From Phycisphaerae bacterium (lineage in GTDB: Bacteria; Planctomycetota; Phycisphaerae; UBA1845), in the NCBI GenBank assembly GCA_963666835.2, contig CAXXGO010000001.1:960001-1024000 (forward strand): DNA of 64,000 nt. The letters are read 5' to 3'. The notes beneath the pieces are model-generated. The model saw only the letters and a list, made by a program, of their open reading frames with translations. It was not told the origin of the DNA and made no database searches. Made by a program: the position numbers and the translations under genes. Below, one piece after another: positions 10,275 through 23,646 of this stretch (its first letter is position 1; each line of letters starts with the position of its first letter).

Positions 10275-11093
10275 GTGTGGAAGCTGGTGCTGGCTGGAGC
10301 CGTTGTCGTGGTGGTGGTGGGGTGTGCCTCATGCTCCATGACGAAGAAACCTCTGACGACCGTGGCAAGCCCCGGTGATCCCCGGCATTACAGTTGCCGC
10401 CGCGCGACGAGTGCTGTTGTCATCGATGGCCGGATGGATGAACAGGCCTGGGCTGATGCTCTGTGGACCGATTTCTTTGTCGACATCGAGGGAGTGGCCA
10501 AGCCGCGGCCGCGCTTCGCGACGCGGGCGAAGATGTTGTGGGACGACCGGTACTTCTACATCGGCGCGAGCCTGGAAGAGCCTCACGTTTGGGGCACGCT
10601 CAAGCAGCATGACCAGATCGTGTTTCATGACAATGACTTCGAGGTCTTCATCGACCCTGACGGCGACACGCGTGAGTACTACGAGATCGAAGTCAACCCG
10701 CTCAACACCGTCTTCGACCTGTTCCTGGAACGCACTTATCTCGACGGCGGGCCGGCACATCACGAGTGGAATCTGAAAGGACTGAAGACTGCGGTGCATG
10801 TTGACGGCACGCTGAACGACCCGTCGGACCGCGATCGTGGATGGTCCATAGAATTGGCGCTGCCGTGGCGTGCGCTGGCGGAGTACGCACACAAAGCCGC
10901 GCCGCCGCGCCCCGGCGACGTCTGGCGGGTTAACTACTCGCGCGTGGAGTGGCAACACCGGGTCGTCGACGGGCGTTACGAAAAAGTGCCCGACACGCCC
11001 GAGGATAACTGGGTCTGGTCCCCGCAGGGCCAGATTAATATGCACATCCCCGAGCGGTGGGGGTATGTCGTGTTCCTGTCAGCGGCGGAGTGA
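10275..11093 (+). CDS. CBM9-like sugar-binding lipoprotein
   Basis: AGGAGA then GTG; hydrophobic leader ending VVGC; DNDFEVFIDP, YYEIEVNPLNTVFDL, DNWVWSPQG, MHIPERWG. Confidence 0.85.
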   Translation: MWKLVLAGAVVVVVVGCASCSMTKKPLTTVASPGDPRHYSCRRATSAVVIDGRMDEQAWADALWTDFFVDIEGVAKPRPRFATRAKMLWDDRYFYIGASLEEPHVWGTLKQHDQIVFHDNDFEVFIDPDGDTREYYEIEVNPLNTVFDLFLERTYLDGGPAHHEWNLKGLKTAVHVDGTLNDPSDRDRGWSIELALPWRALAEYAHKAAPPRPGDVWRVNYSRVEWQHRVVDGRYEKVPDTPEDNWVWSPQGQINMHIPERWGYVVFLSAAE

Positions 11094-11130
11094 ATCGCCG
11101 GACACAAAAGACGCGGCGCCGGGAGTGAAC

Positions 11131-13095
11131 ATGCACCTGGTCGACTGGGGAATCGTTGCTGCCCTGATGATCGTCTTGATTTGGGGGGCCGCCGGCACCG
11201 TGCGATACACCCGCAGCGTGTCCGCTTTCCTGGCCGCCGAGCGTTGCGGCGGGCGCTACCTCATCGCGATGGCCGACCAGATGTCGCAACTGGGCCTGAT
11301 CACTCTGGTGTGGTACTTCGAGCAGAACTATCAGGTCGGCTACACCTCCATCTGGTGGTCGCTACTGGAGGGGCCGGCCATGATCGTGATGGCCCTGTCC
11401 GGCTGGGTCATCTACCGATTTCGCCAGACTCGAGCCCTGACGCTGGCGCAGTTCTTCGAAATGCGCTACAGTCGCAGGTTCCGCGTGTTCGCGGGCCTGG
11501 TGGCGTACGTGGCGGGCATTATCAACTTCGCCATCTTCCCGTCTGTGGGAGCCCGGTTCTTCATGGCTTTGTGTGGCCTGCCTGACAGCTTCATGTTGGC
11601 GGGTTTCGAGATCGCCACGTATCCGCTGCTGATGGTACTGTTACTGTCAACCTCGCTGGCGTTCCTGTTCGCAGGCGGCCAGATCGCCGTCATGGTGACC
11701 GACTTTCTGCAGGGCGTCTTCTGTAACGTCGCCTTCATCGTTATCATTCTGTTTCTGCTCGCCACGTTCAGTTGGGACCAGATTTCCGATGTAATGCTCA
11801 CGGTGCCGGCGGGGCGGTCCATGGTCGACCCATTGGATCTGGGCAAGGAGATGCACTTCGATTTCTGGTACTATGCCATCGGCGTGGTCATCCTCTTTTA
11901 CTGTGCCAAGGGTTGGCAGGGAACCCAGGGCTACAACTGTTCGGCCATAAACGCCCATGAAGCCAAAATGGCGGGCATCCTCGGTCCTTGGCGGTTTCGC
12001 GTGTTGATGCTCATCGTTGTGGTTCTGCCTGTCTGCGTGCGCACCTTGATGCACCATCCGGACTTCGCGGCCCAGGCCGCGGTCGTGAACCGATCACTCG
12101 ACGCGATCGACGCCCTATCATCCGAAGTGAAGGGGACGCTGCAAAACCAACTGCGCACACCACTGGCCATGAGCGTGATGCTGCCCACCGGTCTGCTCGG
12201 ACTGGCCTGCGCGGCCATGCTGGGCGCATTCATAAGCACGCACGACACGTATCTGCATTCCTGGGGAACGATCCTGGTTCAAGACGTGATTCTACCTCTT
12301 CGCAAGAAGCCGTTTTCGCCTCGGTGGCATCTCTGGCTGCTGCGGCTTTCTATCCTGGGTGTGGCGGTCTTCATCTTCTTCGTCAGCCTGTTGTTCCAGC
12401 ACACGCAGTACATTGCCATGTTCTTCGCGTTAACGGCCTCCGTCTTTGTCGGCGGGGCCGGGGCGGTGATCGTCGGCGGGCTCTACTGGAAGCGGGGCAC
12501 TACACCGGCGGCCTGGGCGGCGATGATTACTGGAATGGTGGCATCGCTGATTGGCATCAGGATCAAGCAAGTCGAACCGGAGTTCTTCCTGACCGGTCAG
12601 GAAATGAGCTTCCTGGCGATTGTCTTGGCCGTCGGAGTGTACGTGGCCGTGTCACTGCTTGGCCCCCGGGCGACACACAACATGGACCGCCTGTTGCACC
12701 GCGGAAAGTACGCAATCCCGGGGGAATCCACCGCCACGTGGAAGGATGCCCGCACTTTTTGGGAGAAGCTCGGCTTCAGCAGGGATTTCACCGGCGGTGA
12801 CCGCGCCATCGCGTATGTGACATTGATCTGGCCCTTGGCATGGACCATCATCTTCGTCATTGTCACCATCTACGGCATGACCGCCGGAATCTCAAAAGAG
12901 GCTTGGCTGGGGTATTGGCATGGTTGGACCTGGTTCGTCGTGGGCTGTGCCATCCTCGTGACTGCATGGTTCACCATCGGCGGGGTCTTCGATATGAAGT
13001 ATCTGTTCCGTCAACTGCGCAGCCGCGCCGCCGATCCATCCGACGACGGCCGCGTCGAGACGAAGGATCCCGTAGTAAACGAAGAGCTGCAGTGA
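11131..13095 (+). CDS. Sodium:solute symporter family transporter
   Basis: GGAG then ATG; FLAAERCGGRYL, TLAQFFEMRYS, GGLYWKRGT; many transmembrane segments. Confidence 0.88.
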   Translation: MHLVDWGIVAALMIVLIWGAAGTVRYTRSVSAFLAAERCGGRYLIAMADQMSQLGLITLVWYFEQNYQVGYTSIWWSLLEGPAMIVMALSGWVIYRFRQTRALTLAQFFEMRYSRRFRVFAGLVAYVAGIINFAIFPSVGARFFMALCGLPDSFMLAGFEIATYPLLMVLLLSTSLAFLFAGGQIAVMVTDFLQGVFCNVAFIVIILFLLATFSWDQISDVMLTVPAGRSMVDPLDLGKEMHFDFWYYAIGVVILFYCAKGWQGTQGYNCSAINAHEAKMAGILGPWRFRVLMLIVVVLPVCVRTLMHHPDFAAQAAVVNRSLDAIDALSSEVKGTLQNQLRTPLAMSVMLPTGLLGLACAAMLGAFISTHDTYLHSWGTILVQDVILPLRKKPFSPRWHLWLLRLSILGVAVFIFFVSLLFQHTQYIAMFFALTASVFVGGAGAVIVGGLYWKRGTTPAAWAAMITGMVASLIGIRIKQVEPEFFLTGQEMSFLAIVLAVGVYVAVSLLGPRATHNMDRLLHRGKYAIPGESTATWKDARTFWEKLGFSRDFTGGDRAIAYVTLIWPLAWTIIFVIVTIYGMTAGISKEAWLGYWHGWTWFVVGCAILVTAWFTIGGVFDMKYLFRQLRSRAADPSDDGRVETKDPVVNEELQ

Positions 13096-13133
13096 CGCAT
13101 TCACTAGCCTTGTCAGGCTGCCATGCGGGTAAC

Positions 13134-13607
13134 CGTCCCGAAGGGACGTAGGCAAGTAGCCGCGGGTGGAGCGCCTCGTTGTTCTACACATCTTTGCTGG
13201 GCGAGCGAAGCGTATCCGTCCGACTCCGCGGTGTCCCGATCCCCAGCCTGAAAGGCCGCAAGGCGCGGCTTCCTTTTCAGCGAAAGGCGTCAAGCCGGCT
13301 GGGTGTTCAGGCTGAAAGCCCACAAGACAATAGCCGGGGGCAAGGCCGCGCAGCGGGTGCCGCCCCCGGATGGGGTCCCAACAATCCCAATCACCCTGAC
13401 AGGGTGAAAGAGACGGCGGCGGCGAACCGCGAGTTTGTTTCGCCTGCCTGGCCTTATCGAGAATGCGTCGAAAGACAGTGGCGAAGCACATTCACCGGAG
13501 CTGTTTGACCCTTTGCAGGGTCAGACAGGCTGTGGGGAGACCGGGTCCGGGGGCGGCGGCCGCTACGCGGCCTTGCCCCCGGCTACTTCATCTGAGCCCT
13601 TCGGGCT
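13134..13607. repeat. REP/REPIN- or MITE-like palindromic element
   Basis: 40-bp near-perfect inverted repeat 13331-13370 / 13546-13585, plus mirrored small hairpins CGTCCCGAAGGGACG, GGCTGAAAGCC, ACCCTGACAGGGT, TGACCCTTTGCAGGGTCA, AGCCCTTCGGGCT. Confidence 0.75.
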
Positions 13608-13713
13608 GGGGGACGGAGTGCCCCTGGCGTACTCGGCCGGGACGCGGTCCACAGATCAGAGAGCACTCTCTCGCCTCGTCTGCCAAGGTTAGTACCATTG
13701 GGCAGAGCCCAAC

Positions 13714-16700
13714 CTACCGAACTGGGGTGACACTAAAGGCTGCCAGGCGTGTAATCAGCGGTTGTGCGGCTGACTTCAGCACCTTAAGGCGGAGCTTGGT
13801 TACCTCAGTGGGGACAAAACGATCAATCTTCTTGCGACCGATGGCGGTGCCCCGGCAGAGTGGCTCCCACTTTCCAACCACGAGTCCTTCGATTACGTAT
13901 TCGCGGATGCGTTCGCCCTGCGAGATGTCTTCCATCGTAATCACGTGATCAATACGTGCCGGCGCGGGCAGCACCAGCTCGATGAGATCACCCGCGCCTG
14001 TCGTCTCAGCGACGCTTCTGCCAAACCGCCGGCGCACTTCCGCCGCAAACTCCGCACTGCGCCGCACGTCTGCGTCCGGGATTAAACCCGTGGCGTCCGG
14101 CGTCTGGTTAAGAAGCAGAACCGCGCCGTGGCCGACACTCTGGTAGTACATCTCCATCAACTCATCAACGGTTTTCAGTGTGTCAGCGTTTTTCGTGTTC
14201 CAGAACCAAGTACTGCGGATCCGCGCGTCGCATTCCAGAGGCAGCCACGCGAGGCCGTTCGGATCGCCGTGCGCAGCCGTCGCCTCGCCCGATTGAGCGT
14301 CCTTCTCTGTAAGAGCGTTCCATGCCGGATAGGGCGCGATCCCATCTTCGTTGCCGACCCAGCGGATAGTGGCATGCGGTCCCTGGAACACCATCGCCCG
14401 AGGTGCGTATCGCTCGAGAATGTCACCGACCGGGACCACAATGCTGCCGTCGAACCAAACTTCGTACATCTCGCCATAGCCACTGAGGACCTCGGTAAGT
14501 TGCCGGCGGTATAGACTGTTGTAAGCTGCTTGCGCCTCCGGGGTCGAGCAGCGCCCACCGCCTTCGGCACCCTGCTTGCGGTCGCAAGGTGAAACATAGA
14601 CGCCCAACTTCATACCGCGCTTGCGGCACGACTTCGACAGATCGCGGAGCACGTCGCCGGTGCCACCGCGCCAGGGCGTGTTTTTGACGCTGTAGTCAGT
14701 GGTCTCCGTCGGCCACATACAGAAACCGCCGGCATGTTTGGCGACGAACACAATGTACTTGGCGCCCATTCCGTCGGCCGCCGCCACCCACTGGTCCGTG
14801 TCCAATCGGGCAGGATTGAACTCCGTCAAAGGGAGGGACAGATCGTCGTATTCCTGATCCGTGAAGGTGTTCGGCGCGAAGTGGATGAACATACCGATCT
14901 CGCTGTCATGCCACGCGAGCTGCTCCGGAGTGGGTTTAGCCAAAGAACCGCCCGCTGAGCTGCCGGTTCCTCTGGGTTGCGTGGTCATCGCGGATTCCGC
15001 CGGCTGGTTCGGATTGTCCACGCTCCGGTGGTTGGCTGGCGTCGTCCCCGCGTGCTCGGACTGAACATCGAACACGCCCTGGAGCCTGATATCTTCGGCC
15101 GATGCACCGACCATGACCTGAAACCTGCCGGGCTCGACCACGCGCTTCATCGCGGCGTCCCAGATGGCCAGCTCGGATACGGGGATATCGAGTTCAAGCC
15201 TCCGGCTACCGCCGGGTTCGAGCAGGATCTTCTTGAACCGAAGCAGCCGCATGGTCGGAGTAGTCGTCGAGCTCACCTCATCGCGGATGTAGACCTGGGC
15301 GACCTCCTTGCCTTCACGCAATCCGACGTTGGAGACGACGAAGCTCAGGCGGACGACGCCGTCAGTCGTGACACACGGCTTCTCGATCACCAAATCGCTG
15401 TAGGCGAACGTCGTATAGCTCAGTCCGAAGCCAAAGGGGTACAAGGGATCCGGCGACGTAAAGACGTAGTCCCGCCCCGGCTTCTCCGGTGTTCCGGGTT
15501 GACGATACACTCCCCGGCCGGTGGGCTTGTAGTCGTACACGGTGGGAATGTGCCCGGCGCTTTGCGGCACGGACACAGGAAGGCGCCCTGACGGGTTGAT
15601 TCGGCCGAGTAAGATGTCGGCGATGGCGTTGCCACCCTGCTCGCCGGGGTAGAACACGCTGAGGATGCCGGGGATGTTCGCCTTCATCCAAGGAATGCTG
15701 TACGGCCGGCCGTGGATCATGACAACGATCACCGGCTTGCGTGTGGCACTAACGGCCCGAACTAGGTCGTCCTGCACGCCCGGTGGAGATAGACTAGTCG
15801 TGTCGAAGGCCTCGCCGACAGTGGCTAGTCGGTTGTAGGCTTCATCACCCAGCGAAAGATCGCCGGTTATTTCGCTCGTATCCCCGATGACGACAACGGC
15901 CACGTCGCTCTTACCGGCGGCCTCAACCGCCTGGCCGAAACTTGTTCGTGACAGGTCGACGAGATCGCAGCCTCGCGCGTAGTTGATGCGAACACGGTCG
16001 CCCAACGCCCGGCGGAGACCATCCAGGACCGTGACGCCGTAGGCATTGTCCTTGGTTGCGGAGTAATCGCCGAATTGGACCTGGTCGGCGTTCGGGCCGA
16101 TGACGGCGATTGAGTCGAGCTTGCGCGCATCCAGCGGCAGGACGTTTCCTTCGTTCTTCAACAAGATAATCGATTCCTCGGCAGCGCGCCGGGCGAGGGC
16201 GATATGCTCCCGGGTATGAACATCTTCTTCGAGCCGGGCGAGGTTGATTTGTCGCCGGCCGTCAAACAGGCCGGCCAGGAACTTGATGCGGAGAATGCGT
16301 TCGACGGCGCGGTCAATAGCCTCCGTTTGGACCCGCCCGTCTCGGACCAACTGTGCAAGATGCCGGTAGGCGGTGGCGCCGGGCGCGTCAAGATCGACGC
16401 CTGCCAACAGTGCCTGCACGGCCGCGTCGGGCGCGTCCACGGCGACGTGGTGGTAGTCATATAGCATGTGGATGCCGCCGTAGTCGGAGAAGACGTAACC
16501 GCGAAAGCCCCAGTCGCCGCGCAGGATGTCGCCAAGGAGCCGGTGATTCGCGTGGGAGGGCAGTCCGTCCACCTCGTTGTAGGAGGGCATCACCGCGCAG
16601 ACACCGGCTTGGCGGACCGCGGCCTCGAATGGAACGAGGTGCAACGAGCGCATCTCGCGCTGACCGATCGACGCGGGGCCGCTGGCCAGCCCCCCGGCCG

Positions 16701-17406
16701 GCACGCTGTAACCGGCGAAATGCTTGGCCGTACACATGATCTTGTGCGGATCGAGACCGCTTTGCCAGATGTTCGGCCCTTGCGCACCCGTAATGAATGC
16801 GACTCCCATGTTGGAGACTAGCGTGGGGCATTCACCGTAGCACTCCTCCACGCGCCCGAACCGAGGATCGCGCGCCAGATCGAGAACCGGCGCGAGACAC
16901 TGAGCCACACCGATGGCGCTCGCTTCCTCGGCGATCGCCGCGCCAACCTCCTGCACGAGTTCCGGGTTCCAAGTAGATCCCAACGCTATCGCCTGGGGGA
17001 AGACCGTCGCCCCGCGAGATCGCATGCCGTGCAAGCACTCCGCAACGGGAATGGCGGGGATGCCGAGGCTGGTCTGGGTTCGCAGGTGGTCCTGGGCAGC
17101 CTTGAATCGAACGGCTATCTCCTCCGGCGGGTAGCCCGGCAGGCACATCATCGTGCCGCAGCTCTGCTCGGCGAACACATCGGCCAATGACTCCGGGGTG
17201 ACTCTACCGTCTTGCGTTTCCAGAGCGGATATGTCCTTCTGGCACATCTGGCCGACCTTTTCCTCGATGGTCATTCCTGCCAGCAGGTCAGCCACGCGAT
17301 CATCGATGGATAGGCGAGTATCGAGGTACTTCGGTTGTTCCGCCGAGAGCGGCGAAGCCAGCAAACAGACAACAGTCAATAATCGGAGATGGTGAGCGGA
17401 ACCCAT
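13714..17406 (-). CDS. Secreted GH3 beta-glycosidase fused to GH29 alpha-L-fucosidase
   Basis: GH3: ECLHG, RDPRFGRVEECYGE, KHF, FSDY, Fn3-like domain; linker; GH29: QLAWHDSEIGMFIHF, KHAGGFCMW, EVWFDG, IRWVGNE. Confidence 0.9.
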   Translation of the reverse strand: MGSAHHLRLLTVVCLLASPLSAEQPKYLDTRLSIDDRVADLLAGMTIEEKVGQMCQKDISALETQDGRVTPESLADVFAEQSCGTMMCLPGYPPEEIAVRFKAAQDHLRTQTSLGIPAIPVAECLHGMRSRGATVFPQAIALGSTWNPELVQEVGAAIAEEASAIGVAQCLAPVLDLARDPRFGRVEECYGECPTLVSNMGVAFITGAQGPNIWQSGLDPHKIMCTAKHFAGYSVPAGGLASGPASIGQREMRSLHLVPFEAAVRQAGVCAVMPSYNEVDGLPSHANHRLLGDILRGDWGFRGYVFSDYGGIHMLYDYHHVAVDAPDAAVQALLAGVDLDAPGATAYRHLAQLVRDGRVQTEAIDRAVERILRIKFLAGLFDGRRQINLARLEEDVHTREHIALARRAAEESIILLKNEGNVLPLDARKLDSIAVIGPNADQVQFGDYSATKDNAYGVTVLDGLRRALGDRVRINYARGCDLVDLSRTSFGQAVEAAGKSDVAVVVIGDTSEITGDLSLGDEAYNRLATVGEAFDTTSLSPPGVQDDLVRAVSATRKPVIVVMIHGRPYSIPWMKANIPGILSVFYPGEQGGNAIADILLGRINPSGRLPVSVPQSAGHIPTVYDYKPTGRGVYRQPGTPEKPGRDYVFTSPDPLYPFGFGLSYTTFAYSDLVIEKPCVTTDGVVRLSFVVSNVGLREGKEVAQVYIRDEVSSTTTPTMRLLRFKKILLEPGGSRRLELDIPVSELAIWDAAMKRVVEPGRFQVMVGASAEDIRLQGVFDVQSEHAGTTPANHRSVDNPNQPAESAMTTQPRGTGSSAGGSLAKPTPEQLAWHDSEIGMFIHFAPNTFTDQEYDDLSLPLTEFNPARLDTDQWVAAADGMGAKYIVFVAKHAGGFCMWPTETTDYSVKNTPWRGGTGDVLRDLSKSCRKRGMKLGVYVSPCDRKQGAEGGGRCSTPEAQAAYNSLYRRQLTEVLSGYGEMYEVWFDGSIVVPVGDILERYAPRAMVFQGPHATIRWVGNEDGIAPYPAWNALTEKDAQSGEATAAHGDPNGLAWLPLECDARIRSTWFWNTKNADTLKTVDELMEMYYQSVGHGAVLLLNQTPDATGLIPDADVRRSAEFAAEVRRRFGRSVAETTGAGDLIELVLPAPARIDHVITMEDISQGERIREYVIEGLVVGKWEPLCRGTAIGRKKIDRFVPTEVTKLRLKVLKSAAQPLITRLAAFSVTPVR

Positions 17407-17456
17407 CGCGCCTCCCTTGCTTGGTTAGGCCTGCGTTGCAGCTTCGTAGCGCACGA

Positions 17457-19544
17457 TCAAGGGCGTCTACAGAGATACTCGGACGGAATCTGCTGCTTTG
17501 CCATACCGGGGGCTTCCCACGAAACAAGCAACTCCGCGCCGCCGGTCCGCTCGAACATCTCCACCCGGATCGCGTGCCAGCCCGCCTCCAACGCAATCAC
17601 GCCGGATAGCTCGAGCGACGAGTGCAGGCCGTCGTTATCGACGACCAGTTCGTCGCCAATCCACAGACGACTGCCGTCGTCGGATCGGACGAAGAACCGA
17701 TACGGCCCGGTCTTCGGCGCCTTTATGAAGCCCTGGAAACGCAATGCCCAGAGGTCGTCGCGGCGTGCCGGCTGAATGGAGAAACTGGACGCCATTCCGC
17801 TTGCCGTCGGCTGCAGAGCGGCCACGTCGCGCAGCGTCGAGAACTGTCCCTCATAGTACTCGTATGTCAGACCCGGCTCCCGGCCTTGGATTGCAACGGC
17901 CGGACGCGGCGGCACCTTTGTGAACGTGGCACTGGCCGGCGGACTGACCGGCCGGTCGCCGCGGAAAGACCGAGCTTTCACCGTGCTCGTTTGCGTAAGC
18001 GTCAGGCGCTTCTCTGCCTGGGCGGATTTCGCCGTGGGCTCTGTACCGTCCGTCGTGTAACGAAGTTCGACATTGGACTGTCTGCTCCGGATCGTGACGT
18101 CCAACGAATCCGTGAAGATCGGGTAGTCGGCGACTATCTCCGGTGGGTAGCCCACGTCCGGCATCCCCTCGAGATCGAGCACGACGACGAATACGTCCTC
18201 GGCACAGATCGAATCCGGCAAGACGACTTCGACACGGTCCCCCAGTTGTTTCGCCTCGACCGCATGCTCCGGTCCCCCGGCAAGCAGATACGCTTGCAGT
18301 GGTTGGTTTAGCAGGCCGTTCAACACGAGCTTGCCATCCGGAGGATTGTCGAAGACGTGCAGGTAGAGACGCGCATCCCCGCCCGCCAGGCGTTTCTGCG
18401 TGCAACGCCCCCAGGACGGCGACTGCATGAACGGCCCCGCCTGCGTGCCATAGATCGACTCTCCGTTGACTTCGAGCCATGCGCCCATGTATCGAAGCCG
18501 CTCGACACTTGGTTGAGGAATGAGGCCTTCCGCCGTAGGCCCGACATTCAGGAGGAAATTGCCGCCTTTCGAGGCTATGTCGATCAACATGCGGAGGAGT
18601 TGCTTGCCCGACTTCCAATTCGCGTCGCTTTCGTTGTAGCCCCAGTGGTCGTTCATCGTCATGCAGGCTTCCCAATCCAAGCCCGGTATGGCGGTTTCGG
18701 GGATGAACTGCTCCGGCGTGCCATAGTCGCCCATGCTGCCTTGCGACTGATCGATTCCGTATGTGCCGCCGCCGCGACCTACGCGGCTGTTGATGATGAT
18801 GTCGGGTTGAAGGGAGCGGACGTAGGCATCCAAGTCCCTGCCGAGGTCGTTGTTCCACGTGCCCTCCCACTGCCCGTCGAACCACAACACGCCGATCGGC
18901 CCATAATGCGTAAGTAACTCGCGGAGTTGGTTCTTCTTGTAAGAGATGTAGCGGTCAAAATCCGCTCCCGCCTCGGGACGCTCTTTCTTCTCCCAAGGCC
19001 GGCGCGGTAAGTAGTCGCGGTGATGCCAATCCATGATGGAGTGATACCAGCAGATGCGGATGCCGGCCTTGCCGCAGGCCTGGGCGAGTTCCTTCATGAT
19101 GTCGCGTTTGAACGGCGTGGACATCATGTCAAAATCCGTGTACTGGGAATCGAACAGGCAGAACCCGTCATGGTGCTTAGAGGTGATGACGATGTACTTA
19201 ACGCCGGCGTCTTTGGCCAGCGCGACCCACTCGTCCGCGTTGAACTTGACCGGATTGAATCGAGTCAGGAACTTGTCATAGTCAGCCACGGGAATCTGCG
19301 CGGTATCACGAATCCACTCCCCGTGAGTGTTCACGTCGCCCCACTGACCGGCGGGGATCGCGTACAACCCCCAGTGAATGAACATCCCGAACCGCGCCTC
19401 GCGCCACCAGGCCATCCGGGCGTCGTGGGTTGCCTCAGCGGCAGTCGGCGTTTTGCCGGGCGTTTGTCCCTCGATGCGTGGGCAGACGGCCAAGAGACAC
19501 GATGCGATCAGGACGGTTCGCGCACAGGTGAAACCACGGTGCAT
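17457..19544 (-). CDS. Secreted GH29 alpha-L-fucosidase with Fn3-associated and PA14 domains
   Basis: GAGGAG then ATG 19544; WWREARFGMFIHWG, KHHDGF, LWFDG, TPEQ; YTTDGTEP; SDDGSRLWI. Confidence 0.92.
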   Translation of the reverse strand: MHRGFTCARTVLIASCLLAVCPRIEGQTPGKTPTAAEATHDARMAWWREARFGMFIHWGLYAIPAGQWGDVNTHGEWIRDTAQIPVADYDKFLTRFNPVKFNADEWVALAKDAGVKYIVITSKHHDGFCLFDSQYTDFDMMSTPFKRDIMKELAQACGKAGIRICWYHSIMDWHHRDYLPRRPWEKKERPEAGADFDRYISYKKNQLRELLTHYGPIGVLWFDGQWEGTWNNDLGRDLDAYVRSLQPDIIINSRVGRGGGTYGIDQSQGSMGDYGTPEQFIPETAIPGLDWEACMTMNDHWGYNESDANWKSGKQLLRMLIDIASKGGNFLLNVGPTAEGLIPQPSVERLRYMGAWLEVNGESIYGTQAGPFMQSPSWGRCTQKRLAGGDARLYLHVFDNPPDGKLVLNGLLNQPLQAYLLAGGPEHAVEAKQLGDRVEVVLPDSICAEDVFVVVLDLEGMPDVGYPPEIVADYPIFTDSLDVTIRSRQSNVELRYTTDGTEPTAKSAQAEKRLTLTQTSTVKARSFRGDRPVSPPASATFTKVPPRPAVAIQGREPGLTYEYYEGQFSTLRDVAALQPTASGMASSFSIQPARRDDLWALRFQGFIKAPKTGPYRFFVRSDDGSRLWIGDELVVDNDGLHSSLELSGVIALEAGWHAIRVEMFERTGGAELLVSWEAPGMAKQQIPSEYLCRRP

Positions 19545-19617
19545 GATGCTCTCCTCGCGAAAAAAGGCAGCCGGGAGTATAACCAGCGTAGGAGTCGATT
19601 GTAAGACGTGCGGCTGA

Positions 19618-23493
<3,876 letters not shown>

Positions 23494-23646
23494 GATCACG
23501 AACGGACCACTCAACCCGGATGAGGTTGGCCGGAAGCGCATGGCCATCCTCAGAGACTAGTGCGTTGATTCGCACGGAGCATTCTTGTAGTGGACAACGG
23601 CAGACCGGCCACTCTTGGCCCAGGCTCGCCGTCAGGATGAAGATTC

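Noticed and set aside
12892..13692. Several ORFs across the palindromic element
   Set aside because: Produced by the GC-rich repeat; no HUH/Y1 transposase motif
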